In this document: positions 28,519 through 37,905 of the stretch, piece after piece
Numbering within the stretch: position 1 is the first letter of the stretch
Layout of the letters: each line of letters starts with the position of its first letter
Assembly (NCBI GenBank): GCA_027078545.1
Contig: JALWXN010000004.1
Span: 544,001-608,000, forward strand
From: Nitrososphaeria archaeon
Lineage (GTDB): Archaea; Thermoproteota; Nitrososphaeria; Geothermarchaeales; JDFR-13
Length of the DNA stretch: 64,000 nucleotides
Direction of reading: 5' to 3'
Position numbers and translations under genes: made by a program
The notes under the pieces: generated by a model
The model's input: only the letters and a program-made list of their open reading frames with translations
Told to the model about the DNA's origin: nothing
The model's database searches: none

Positions 28519-29379
28519 ATGGCTGAGCAGAAGGTCTACAGCGTGGAGGAGGTTAGTAGGTATGCCCCTAAGCTCTTCGGCATACCCACAGGTGTGGAGG
28601 GGCTGGACAATCTGTTCTACAGGGTCGAGTATGTCGATGGGAGGCCTGTTAAGAAGCCTCTGGGCGGTTATCCATACCTAGCAGTCCTCAACATAACCGG
28701 TGTGGCGGATACTGGTAAGAGCCTGATGGCGGAGCAGTTCGCTGTTAGGCAGGCGGGTGACGGCTACCCCACCATATTCGTGACGGTGGAGACACCGAAG
28801 GAGTTCGTCGTCCAGGGCCTCCTACAGAGGGCAACTGCTATGAGGCTCGACCTGGAGAAGGTGAAGAAGAACCTCTTCGTTATCGATGCTGCCTCTGACC
28901 ATAGGATGAGGGAGGAGGTGGACTACCTCCTAGATACGCTGGCCTATGGGATCAGGGAGTACGGGGTGAAATCAGTCGTTATCGACAGTGTCACAGGCCT
29001 ATTCGAGGCCAAGGAGGTCCTGGCTAGGAGTATAGTTAGGAAGGTCTACAACTTCCTGAAGAAGTGGAGGCAGACGGCCCTGCTCGTCAGCCAGAAGAGG
29101 AGCGCCTCCGAGGAGATGAGTGCAGAGGCGGCGGGTGGATATGGCGTTGCCCATATAGTGGATGGTACGATAGTGCTTTACAAGAAGCTGATCATGACCA
29201 AGTATGACGTGTCTACCTTCAACATGCCCATCGGTAGTGTTATTAGGCTCTTCAGGATCGATGGCTGCAGGATGGCTGGACATGACTCCAACACCCATGT
29301 CATGGAGATCACTGAGGAGGGCCTTGTCAGGATTGGGCCTACCCTCGAGGAGTGGATAAGTGGTAGGGGACGCCAGTGA
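28519..29379 (+). CDS. KaiC-domain (RecA-like) ATPase, archaeal AF_0795-type
   Basis: APKLFGIPTGVEGLD, GVADTGKS, IDSVT, AGGYGVAHIVDG, DGCRMAGHD. Confidence 0.88.
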   Translation: MAEQKVYSVEEVSRYAPKLFGIPTGVEGLDNLFYRVEYVDGRPVKKPLGGYPYLAVLNITGVADTGKSLMAEQFAVRQAGDGYPTIFVTVETPKEFVVQGLLQRATAMRLDLEKVKKNLFVIDAASDHRMREEVDYLLDTLAYGIREYGVKSVVIDSVTGLFEAKEVLARSIVRKVYNFLKKWRQTALLVSQKRSASEEMSAEAAGGYGVAHIVDGTIVLYKKLIMTKYDVSTFNMPIGSVIRLFRIDGCRMAGHDSNTHVMEITEEGLVRIGPTLEEWISGRGRQ

Positions 29380-30433
29380 AGTGACCCGTATAGTCAGGGT
29401 TGACCATAATAGGCTGGATGAGCAGCTTAGAGAGGCTGTAGAGATACTTAGGAGGGGAGGCCTCGTAGTATTCCCCACAGAGACGGTCTATGGCCTGGGG
29501 GCCGATGCCTATATTCCAGAGGCGGTTGAGAAGATCTTCAGGGTTAAGGGTAGACCCCAGGACAACCCCCTAATAGTCCATATCTCAAGCATGGATATGC
29601 TTGGGAGGGTTGCTAGGGAGATACCTGTGGATGCATATAGGGCTGCGGAGAAGCTCTGGCCCGGCCCCTTCACGATGGTGTTGCCTAGGGGCGATGTCCC
29701 ACCGATAGTCTCGGCCGGCCTCGACACTGTAGCTGTTAGGATGCCTGGGCATAGGGTGGCGCTACGCCTAATAGAGCTCCTCGGCGACCCAATAGCTGCC
29801 CCCAGCGCCAACCGTTCTGGGAGGCCTAGCCCCACATCCGCCCAGCACGTGGTCGAGGATCTCTATGGTCTGGTCGACCTGATCCTAGATGATGGGGAGA
29901 CCCTCTACGGTGTTGAGTCGACAGTCGTGGACTTCACCACTGATCCGCCGACCCTCCTAAGGCCTGGCCCCCTAACCCCGGAGGAGCTCATGGAGATACT
30001 GGGGACTGAGCTGGAGATCCCTGGATATGCCCGTGGACTCACACATACCGGAGTCGCCAGGTCACCCGGCGTGAAGTATAGGCACTACTCACCCAGGGCG
30101 GAGGTAGTCCTGATAGAGATGGAGGACTATAGGGATCTCGATAGGCTTGTGGGGAGGGTTCTGGAGGAGTTTAACCGGCTCAGGGGTCGTAGGGTCGTTA
30201 TACTCGCTACTGATGAGACTAGGGATAGGTATTTAGGGCTTGGGGTCCCCGTCCTATCCCTTGGGAGCCGTGGCGATCCATACACCATAGCCAAGAACCT
30301 CTTCGCCATGCTTAGGGAGGCCGATAGGCTTGGGGCCGAGGTTGTCCTAGTGGAGGGTGTTGAGGAGAGGGGGCTAGGGCTGACCATTATGAATAGGCTT
30401 AGGAAGGCGGCCTCTAGGAGGGTGTCTACATAG
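29360..30433 (+). CDS. sua5: Threonylcarbamoyl-AMP synthase Sua5
   Basis: FPTETVYGLGA, KGRPQDNPLIVH, APSANRSG, SPGVKYRHYSP, MNRLRKAA. Confidence 0.95.
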   Translation: MVGDASEVTRIVRVDHNRLDEQLREAVEILRRGGLVVFPTETVYGLGADAYIPEAVEKIFRVKGRPQDNPLIVHISSMDMLGRVAREIPVDAYRAAEKLWPGPFTMVLPRGDVPPIVSAGLDTVAVRMPGHRVALRLIELLGDPIAAPSANRSGRPSPTSAQHVVEDLYGLVDLILDDGETLYGVESTVVDFTTDPPTLLRPGPLTPEELMEILGTELEIPGYARGLTHTGVARSPGVKYRHYSPRAEVVLIEMEDYRDLDRLVGRVLEEFNRLRGRRVVILATDETRDRYLGLGVPVLSLGSRGDPYTIAKNLFAMLREADRLGAEVVLVEGVEERGLGLTIMNRLRKAASRRVST

Positions 30434-30490
30434 CCTGTGGCCCGGCTATATCTCTAACCCTATATATACTGTATATGGAGGTGTCACGCG

Positions 30491-31111
30491 ATGGTTATGG
30501 AGATCAAGCCTCCGAGGGAGCCGGATGAGGAGAGGGATGAGAAGGTATTGAAGATGCTTATTGAGGCGATCAGGATCATCGGTGGGCCTAAGAAGCTTGT
30601 GGGTATGAGGAACCTGACATGGCTCCCCAGCCTGGTCAGGGCTATGTATGCGGTCCTCCTGAGGAACGCTGGCTATACCTATGAGGAGATTGCGAGTAGG
30701 CTCGGTGTGACCAGGGCAACTGTGGAGAAGATGTTGACTGCCGATGAGGAGGCTGTCAAGAAGAAGGTTGCCGGCCTGACGGAGGAGGATATAGATGAGC
30801 ATGTGGCCGGCGGCCTGGCGAAGCTGGCTTATAAGGAGATGATGCGTAGGGGTGTGGAGGAGGAGATCGAGAAGATAACCACGACCTCGACCGCATTGGG
30901 TATCGACTGGCCAGTGAGAGTTGCAACGCTCCTCAAGGGTGCGGACTTCCCACTGGATAGGGAGGAGTTGATGGAGAGGCTTAGAGGCGTCAAGATAATG
31001 GGCGTCGACGCTGAGGAGCTGCTCGGTGAGATCGAGTATCCAGTGACCTCCCCAGTAGACCTTGTGAAGAAGGTCTCCGAGGTCCTCAGGAAGAGGAAGA
31101 TGGTTAAGTAG
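30491..31111 (+). CDS. KaiC-associated HTH regulatory protein with C-terminal DUF2795-like domain
   Basis: GGPKKL..RNLTWLPSL, HTH (TYEEIASRLGVT), HVAGGLAKLAY; C-terminal LKGADFP repeat-like region. Confidence 0.75.
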   Translation: MVMEIKPPREPDEERDEKVLKMLIEAIRIIGGPKKLVGMRNLTWLPSLVRAMYAVLLRNAGYTYEEIASRLGVTRATVEKMLTADEEAVKKKVAGLTEEDIDEHVAGGLAKLAYKEMMRRGVEEEIEKITTTSTALGIDWPVRVATLLKGADFPLDREELMERLRGVKIMGVDAEELLGEIEYPVTSPVDLVKKVSEVLRKRKMVK

Positions 31112-31117
31112 GGTGGG

Positions 31118-32044
31118 CTAAGCCCCACCCCTTAAAAACTTTAGCCAGATTATCAGGGCTGCAGCTACAGCCACAGCGCCTACCCCAAGGAGGAGGACTG
31201 GGTCGATCCCCCCACCCTCTACACCTGGCTCCTCACTAGGTGCTTCACCACCCTCTCTCGTGGGTTCCTCCTGCCTAGGAGGCTCCGTAGTGCTATCCTC
31301 ACCAGGCTCTCCAGCCTCTTCTCCCGGCTCCTCTACCTCTGTACCCGTGTCTATCTCAGTATTAGGTTCTCCACCAAGCTCAGCTGCCCGTATCAGGACT
31401 GTGTCCTCCAGTATCTTCTTCTCGGCGATCTGTGGCTCGTAGTAGTAGCTTAGATGTGCTGATACTCCTACCACCATCTGTGAACCTTCTTTCTGGGTAT
31501 ACTCCTCCACTTGTGTCCAGTCTATATCGCCTATCAGGGATATTGTGAAGGCTATCTCGTCCTCACTGATAGATACGCCACCCTCCACCTCCTTCTCATA
31601 GATGGGGATTACTGGGGACTTCACGATGGTTATCGTGTCGATCTCATCCGTGACGTGGTTGGTGGATATCTCGAATTTGAAGCTCACCAGTGTATCGCCA
31701 TATTTATACGAGACGTGGCCCCCGATGCTTAGGTGGATCTCCTCCGCTAGGAACTCCTGCATCTCCGCTATTGATATGGCTTGGCCGTTGAACCTAATCC
31801 TGACCACCGCTGCTTCGTCACCTATCTCGGAGGATACGGCTACAATGTCTATCCTATCCCTTAGGCCCATGATCCTATCGATAACCTCCTGTGGAACCTC
31901 TATGTCTGGGGGTGTCTCCTCAGGCGGATACTCCCTAAGGTCGTCCACATCGTCCGTCACGCTGTAGGCCTCCACCACATCTGTTATGTCGGCCATCCCC
32001 AGGAGTAGGATGGTGAGGATGGCTATGGTCAATGCCTTCTTCAT
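31118..32044 (-). CDS. Exported protein with acidic Pro/Glu linker and C-terminal membrane anchor
   Basis: Signal peptide; EEPGEE-rich linker; C-terminal TM helix and basic residues. Confidence 0.75.
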   Translation of the reverse strand: MKKALTIAILTILLLGMADITDVVEAYSVTDDVDDLREYPPEETPPDIEVPQEVIDRIMGLRDRIDIVAVSSEIGDEAAVVRIRFNGQAISIAEMQEFLAEEIHLSIGGHVSYKYGDTLVSFKFEISTNHVTDEIDTITIVKSPVIPIYEKEVEGGVSISEDEIAFTISLIGDIDWTQVEEYTQKEGSQMVVGVSAHLSYYYEPQIAEKKILEDTVLIRAAELGGEPNTEIDTGTEVEEPGEEAGEPGEDSTTEPPRQEEPTREGGEAPSEEPGVEGGGIDPVLLLGVGAVAVAAALIIWLKFLRGGA

Positions 32045-32112
32045 ACCTATCTAAGCCCTGTAGCTACGATTAGAATCAACCTTTTTGAACATTCCCTCGC
32101 ATTCAAGTCTCT

Positions 32113-32172
32113 GGGGGATGATGTTAAGAGGGTCACCTGATCATGGGATGACAATCTTACCCGTCTGACCCC
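32113..32172 (+). ncRNA. C/D-box sRNA (2'-O-methylation guide); D' guide predicts 23S rRNA C1920 (E. coli numbering)
   Basis: GGGG/CCCC stem; C ATGATGT 32118-24; guide TTAAGAGGGTCAC; D' CTGA 32137-40; C' GGGATGA 32145-51; 13-nt guide; D CTGA 32165-68. Confidence 0.8.
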
Positions 32173-32173
32173 T

Positions 32174-32587
32174 CTACACCCCCCTGAGCCTCCTCCTCAG
32201 CCATGCCGTGAACCTGGCTGTGTATAGATGGGCTATCCAGTGGTATAGGCCGAATAGTCCTCCGAGCAGGTGGAATACTAGCCATGTCGATAGGTATGTC
32301 CCGACCAGGTCTAGGCCTCCCATCAGGTATATCCACTCACCGAGGATCCTTAGGAATGGGTAGCCAGCTCCCCATAGGGCCACGCTGACAAGTATGGGGT
32401 GGCCCAGGTATCTACCTACTAGCCCGGACATCTCGGGTATCAGCGCTGCATAGAGTATCAATGGTGTGAAGACTGCTGTCGAGTATAGTGCTGATTCTAG
32501 GGGGTCATCGGTAAAAAGGGATGAGAATAGTAGGAGTAGGTATGGTAGTGTGACGGCTAGTATGGAGCCTGTCCTGCTGTACCTCAC
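32174..32587 (-). CDS. Small hypothetical membrane protein (about 4 TM), downstream of the Nramp-like gene
   Basis: Hydrophobic ORF with GGGGTGA RBS, 12 bp after the upstream stop. Confidence 0.65.
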   Translation of the reverse strand: MRYSRTGSILAVTLPYLLLLFSSLFTDDPLESALYSTAVFTPLILYAALIPEMSGLVGRYLGHPILVSVALWGAGYPFLRILGEWIYLMGGLDLVGTYLSTWLVFHLLGGLFGLYHWIAHLYTARFTAWLRRRLRGV

Positions 32588-32599
32588 CCCTATGCACCG

Positions 32600-34234
32600 C
32601 TATATTATCCCCAGCCTCTTGGCTATGAACCATGCCGCGACTAGCCAGAACGCTATGGCTATCAATATCTCTATGACGAGGTGTATAGGGTGCTGCCTAA
32701 CCAGTCTCCCGGCGCCATGTATCCTGGGTAGTATGCTCCACGTCAGTATGATGAGCACGGTCATCAGGAAGGCCATCCCTATACCGTTGACGAGACCTGT
32801 CAGTATTATGAGTCCGCCGGGGGACTTTAGGAATACCTGTGCTATCGCCATGAGTGTGAAGACTATCCAGACGCTGTAGTATATCCGCTGATACTCCCAG
32901 CCCGTGGATACTGCGCGGTCGATTATCCATAGTATGGCTATGAGGTAGATGATAACGACTCCAACCGAGGTTAGGTATGTAGGTGTGGCTATCGCCTCCA
33001 GCGGTGTCCCCGTGGCTAGGTCCGCCGCTATGCTGAGTATCAGTACTGGGAGGGCGACTATCGCTATGAGCCTGGTGAATACTCCCCTGCTACCCCTTAG
33101 GACTGTGTATGAGAGGTCTGAGACGAACCTGCTGTATAGGTCGCCAGCCACTATGAAGACGTCGAAGAGGAAGAAGAAGCCTAGGAGTAGCATGGCTATC
33201 CTACCCGCCTCTCCCCATAGGCTGGCGAACCACTCTCCCTGTGTGAGGACGAGGTTGAAGTCCTTGGATATCTCTAGCCCCCTAGGCCTGAGTATGCTGA
33301 ACGTGAGTAGTGAGGTGATGATTATCGTGAAGGCGTTTAGGAGGACCCCTATCAGGTTGTCTGTCCATAGCCAGTTGATCCACCTCCTCCACTCCCTGGC
33401 GGCCTCATCATCCGGCTCGAAGTCGTAGCCCACCTCGGGTATAGGCTCGGCCCTACCCGTCAGTGGGCTGGTCACCCTTCCTACATGCCTCGCCTGGCCG
33501 AAGCCCTTCTCCCTTATCCAGTAGCTGTAGGCCAGGTTCCATACTCCCCCGGCGCCTGTATATGCTATGAGGGTTATCCATGTAGCCTCGTCGGCCGGGT
33601 CCCAGCCCTCGAAGGGTGGCCACTGGAACTGTGTGAAGCCCGCGAAGAACTCGGGTGCGTATTTAGCCACGTCCGGGCTTATCAGGGCCACGGCCAGCAT
33701 CCCTATTAGGGAGGCTAGGGCGGCGAAGCTCTCAACTACCTCTATAACCTTGTAGGCAACGGGGCCTAGGACTATGAGTAGGAAGCTGGCCAGGATAATT
33801 ATTACTGACCATAGCCTCTGGGCGCTGGGGGCGTCCCAGCCGGGTGGGAACCCGGTTATACCGTGTAGGGCGGAGGCCGAGGCCCCTGCGTAGCCCCCTA
33901 CCCAGCTGTAGACCATAACTATCATTATGAAGGCTATCCATCCCGCGGCTATGTTGACGCGGTATATCCCTGTTAGGATCCCCTCGCCAGTGGCGACTGT
34001 GTATCTCCCGATCTCCTGGTTGTACCAGTACTGTAGGAATGCGAATATGAATAGCCAGCCTAGGAATACGGCTCCATACTTAGCCACCATGTAGGGCCAC
34101 CATATCAGCTCCCCACTCCCCTGGCTTAGCCCCGCCCATATAAGGCCCGGCCCGAAGACGGCGGCTATACCTGGGAATGGTGGGAGCCTCTTCCTCCTAA
34201 ACCCTTCTCTTATGCCTTGGCTCACCGGGGACAC
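32600..34234 (-). CDS. Nramp/APC-superfamily divalent-cation transporter-like protein
   Basis: GPGLIWAGLSQGSGELIWWP, NQEIGRYTVATGE, AYTGAGG..YSYWIREKG; more than 11 TM. Confidence 0.8.
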   Translation of the reverse strand: MSPVSQGIREGFRRKRLPPFPGIAAVFGPGLIWAGLSQGSGELIWWPYMVAKYGAVFLGWLFIFAFLQYWYNQEIGRYTVATGEGILTGIYRVNIAAGWIAFIMIVMVYSWVGGYAGASASALHGITGFPPGWDAPSAQRLWSVIIILASFLLIVLGPVAYKVIEVVESFAALASLIGMLAVALISPDVAKYAPEFFAGFTQFQWPPFEGWDPADEATWITLIAYTGAGGVWNLAYSYWIREKGFGQARHVGRVTSPLTGRAEPIPEVGYDFEPDDEAAREWRRWINWLWTDNLIGVLLNAFTIIITSLLTFSILRPRGLEISKDFNLVLTQGEWFASLWGEAGRIAMLLLGFFFLFDVFIVAGDLYSRFVSDLSYTVLRGSRGVFTRLIAIVALPVLILSIAADLATGTPLEAIATPTYLTSVGVVIIYLIAILWIIDRAVSTGWEYQRIYYSVWIVFTLMAIAQVFLKSPGGLIILTGLVNGIGMAFLMTVLIILTWSILPRIHGAGRLVRQHPIHLVIEILIAIAFWLVAAWFIAKRLGII

Positions 34235-34467
34235 CCCATACTAAACTATATGCATCCAATCACCCGGCTATGCTTAAACATCCCGATTCATATTTCGAAG
34301 TATCCTTAGCAGATTGCTTAAACAATAAATGTTTTCAGACCCCCTAACCATGATACCTGGGCATCGGGACACCCCGGCCGGGGGAGTGTGTGTCTTTATA
34401 TAGAGACCCGCCTGAAATCATTATAGCATAGCCTCGAGACACATACTCGGGGGAGGTATGTAGGTCT

Positions 34468-36681
34468 ATGCCGAGGTATAAGCAGACCCAGGAGATTCTC
34501 AAGCTGATCGGGAATAGGGAACAGGTTAGGAACATCGGTATCATAGCACATGTAGACCATGGTAAGACGACTCTCACGGATAGCCTCCTCGCGGCCTCCG
34601 GACTCTTGAGCCCCACGGTCGCGGGTGAGGCTAGGGCGCTCGACTATCTCGAGGAGGAGCAGAAGAGGGGTATCACGATCAAGACTGCGAATATAAGCCT
34701 GCTCCACGACTATGGTGGGAAGAGCTACGTGGTTAACCTCATCGACACCCCTGGCCATGTAGACTTCACTGGTAAGGTTACCCGTGCACTAAGGGCTATC
34801 GACGGGGCGGTGGTTGTTGTTGACGCTGTGGAGGAGATCATGGTCCAGACCGAGACCGTTACTAGGCAGGCCCTGGCTGAGAGGGTCAAGCCTATACTAT
34901 TCATAAACAAGGTTGATAGGCTGATCACAGAGCTTAGGCTGGGCCCGAAGGATATACAGAAGAAGCTGGCCAGGATCATAGATAGGTTCAACAGGCTGAT
35001 AGACATCTTCGCAGAGGAGGAGTATAAGAATAAGTGGAAGGTTAGGCCGGATCTCAACAACGTAGCCTTCGGCTCGGCCAAGGATAGGTGGGGCTTCACG
35101 TTGAAGCAGGCTATGGAGAAGGGGATGACATTCAACGATGTGCTCAAGTTCTATGAGGAGGGTAGGCTCGAGGAGCTCAAGGAGCTCTTCCCAGTCCATA
35201 AAGCTGTCCTGGACATGGTTATTGAGCATATTCCCAACCCGATGGAGGCCCAGAAGTATAGGCTGCCCAAGATATGGAAGGGAGACCTGAACAGTGAGGT
35301 CGGCCAGGCAATGCTGAACTGTGACATCGACGGGCCAGTAGCATTCATGGTTACCAATGTGATGGTTGATGAGAGGGCTGGCCTCGTAGCTACTGGTAGG
35401 CTCCTCTCAGGCACTCTGAAGCCGGGTATGGAGGTATACCTGATCAACAAGGGGACTAAGGACAGGATCCTACAGGTCGGGATGTATATGGGGCCGTATA
35501 GGGAGGTCGTCGACTATATGGTGGCTGGTAACATTCCCGCCGTCCTGGGCCTCGATGGCGTCACTGCTGGTGAGACAGTCTCTACCCTGCCAGACATGGT
35601 TCCCTTCGAGAGCATCAAGTATATCTCGGAGCCCGTAGTGACCATAGCCATCGAGCCTAAGAATACCCGTGACCTCCCCAAGCTTATCAACGCCCTTAGG
35701 AAGCTGGCTATCGAGGATCCGAACCTAAAGGTCTCGATCAATGAGGAGACGGGTGAGTACCTCATCTCTGGTATGGGTACCCTACACCTAGAGGTTAGTA
35801 TCCACTTCCTCCAGGACATGGGTATAGAGGTCGTCACCTCCCCACCGATAGTCGTCTATAGGGAGACCATCACGAAGAAGAGCCCACTATTCCCGGGCAA
35901 GTCTCCCAACAAGCATAACAAGGTTAAGCTTTACCTGGAGAAGCTGCCCGAGGAGCTTATCAACCTGATCAGCAGCGGTGAGATCACTGATAGGACCCCT
36001 AGGAAGGATCTGCAGAAGATCCTGATGGAGTATGGCTGGAGTGCTGAGGAGGCCCGTAGGGTGTGGGCCATCGATAATGAGCGTGGAAACATACTGGTGG
36101 ATATGACGAAGGGTGTCCAGTATCTCCAGGAGAGTAAGCAGATGATCATAAGCGCCTTCTTCGACTTCGTCAAGGAGGGTGCCCTGGCTAGGGAGCCGGT
36201 CAGGGGTATAAAGGCTGTGCTGGTCGACGCGGAGTTCCACGAGGATCCGGCCCACAGGACACTGGCACAGGTAGTCCCCATGGTGCATAGGGCTCTCCTA
36301 GGGGGTGAGCTGGCCGCGGAGCCGAGTCTATATGAGCCCATAATGAAGATACAGGTGCAGGTCCCGGCGGAGTTTATCGGTGCGGTGACCTCGGTTCTCG
36401 CTGGTAAGCGTGGCCAGGTGACTAACATCGACCAGAGGGAGTACTACGCAGTGGTTAATGGATACATACCTGTCTCGGAGACCTTCGACCTGGCCCAGGT
36501 GCTTAGGGGCGCTACCCAGGGTAGGGCGTTCTGGCAGACCCAGTTCAGCCACTGGCAGCTGGTGCCCAAGGCTATGCTTAAGCAGCTAGTAGCGGAGATC
36601 AGGAAGAGGAAGGGACTGCCCGAGAATCCGCCTAGCTACGAGGAGTTCATACCTCCGGGGGAGACGATCGAGATTATATAG
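34468..36681 (+). CDS. fusA: Translation elongation factor EF-2
   Basis: AHVDHGKT, RGITI, DTPGH, NKVD, SGMGTLHLE, SPNKHN, HEDPAHR. Confidence 0.97.
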   Translation: MPRYKQTQEILKLIGNREQVRNIGIIAHVDHGKTTLTDSLLAASGLLSPTVAGEARALDYLEEEQKRGITIKTANISLLHDYGGKSYVVNLIDTPGHVDFTGKVTRALRAIDGAVVVVDAVEEIMVQTETVTRQALAERVKPILFINKVDRLITELRLGPKDIQKKLARIIDRFNRLIDIFAEEEYKNKWKVRPDLNNVAFGSAKDRWGFTLKQAMEKGMTFNDVLKFYEEGRLEELKELFPVHKAVLDMVIEHIPNPMEAQKYRLPKIWKGDLNSEVGQAMLNCDIDGPVAFMVTNVMVDERAGLVATGRLLSGTLKPGMEVYLINKGTKDRILQVGMYMGPYREVVDYMVAGNIPAVLGLDGVTAGETVSTLPDMVPFESIKYISEPVVTIAIEPKNTRDLPKLINALRKLAIEDPNLKVSINEETGEYLISGMGTLHLEVSIHFLQDMGIEVVTSPPIVVYRETITKKSPLFPGKSPNKHNKVKLYLEKLPEELINLISSGEITDRTPRKDLQKILMEYGWSAEEARRVWAIDNERGNILVDMTKGVQYLQESKQMIISAFFDFVKEGALAREPVRGIKAVLVDAEFHEDPAHRTLAQVVPMVHRALLGGELAAEPSLYEPIMKIQVQVPAEFIGAVTSVLAGKRGQVTNIDQREYYAVVNGYIPVSETFDLAQVLRGATQGRAFWQTQFSHWQLVPKAMLKQLVAEIRKRKGLPENPPSYEEFIPPGETIEII

Positions 36682-36823
36682 CTCCCCCTACACCAACATA
36701 TTTTATCTCCTATCCTCCCAACACACTAAGGAGTTATGGATTCTATCCCCGGATAGAACTATTTTAGATGGGAAAAGGGGTTTGGGTAACCGGTAACCGG
36801 TTAGGTGGGAGCGGTTAGACCGT

Positions 36824-37804
36824 CTATGTGGCCTGGGCCTTGGCCTCTTCCTCCTTGATGTACTGGTCCACCAGCCTCTTAAGCTCGTCTACAGTCTTGA
36901 CGCCGAAGTCCTGTAGTAGGCTCTTACACCTGTTCCTCACCGTGACCTCGGTTATGTCTGCTGCGTTGGCTATGTCGCGCTGGGTCACCTTCTGACCGTT
37001 TATCAGGGCTGCGTAGTAGACAGCAGCCGCCGCTAGGCCTACCGGGTCCTTACCAGCGGTGATCTTCATCTTCTTAGCCAGCTTGATGATCTTCTCTGCA
37101 TAGACGGTTACCTGCTGTGGATACCCTGCCTCTAGGGCTATGGCGTGTACATATGCTATTGGGTCTATCACTGGGGGCTTGATGTTCAGTGTCTTGATGA
37201 GTAGGCGGTAGCACCTCCCAAGCTCCTTCTTATCTATGTTGGCCACCTTTGCCATCTGCTTCTGTGTCCTGGGTGTACCCATCTCCCTGAGGGCGAGGTA
37301 TAGACTGGCAGCCACTATACTATTGATTGCACGGCCCCTCACAAGGTCCTTCGCCAGCGCCTGCCTATAGATCTCAGCAGCCCTCTCAAGCACCTGCTTA
37401 GGGACGAAGAGCTTCTCACCCAGCTTCTGCAGCGTGTTTAGGGCGTTCTGTAGATTCCTATCATGGCTGGAGACTGAGGATGTACGGCTGATCCATGTCT
37501 TAACCCTCTGTAGGTCCCTCCTACGGGACTCGGACATCTTACCCTTCTCAAACCCTCCATATCCATATGTACCCAGCACCGATCCTAGGCCCCTATCAGC
37601 CATGAGGGCCGTCTGTGGAGGACCGGCCCTAGACCTATCAACCTCGTCACCCTCGAAGCTCCTCCACTCGGGGCCGAAGTCTACATTAGACACCTTAGCC
37701 ACGTATCCACATACCCTACATACAACCTCTCCAGTCGTCTTCTGGAAGACGAACTTGTCGCTCCCACAGAATGGACACTTCTCGACTCCAAATAGTCCTC
37801 CCAT
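36824..37804 (-). CDS. tfb: Transcription initiation factor IIB (TFB)
   Basis: Zn ribbon CPFC..CRVC, GPEWRSF, two cyclin folds, GKDPVGLAAA, TEVTVRNR. Confidence 0.96.
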   Translation of the reverse strand: MGGLFGVEKCPFCGSDKFVFQKTTGEVVCRVCGYVAKVSNVDFGPEWRSFEGDEVDRSRAGPPQTALMADRGLGSVLGTYGYGGFEKGKMSESRRRDLQRVKTWISRTSSVSSHDRNLQNALNTLQKLGEKLFVPKQVLERAAEIYRQALAKDLVRGRAINSIVAASLYLALREMGTPRTQKQMAKVANIDKKELGRCYRLLIKTLNIKPPVIDPIAYVHAIALEAGYPQQVTVYAEKIIKLAKKMKITAGKDPVGLAAAAVYYAALINGQKVTQRDIANAADITEVTVRNRCKSLLQDFGVKTVDELKRLVDQYIKEEEAKAQAT

Positions 37805-37905
37805 GATCTCCCCATAAAATATATAAGTGGGATGGTTTAAGCGGATAGCTTAAATATATGTCGTAAATATATATAATATATACTAAGGACAGGAAGACCA
37901 CGATA

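Noticed and set aside
36741-36803. Inverted repeats TTCTATCC-cc-GGATAGAA and TAACCGGTAACCGGTTA between fusA and tfb
   Set aside because: Short hairpins in a convergent gap, most simply termination-related; no RNA family features recognised
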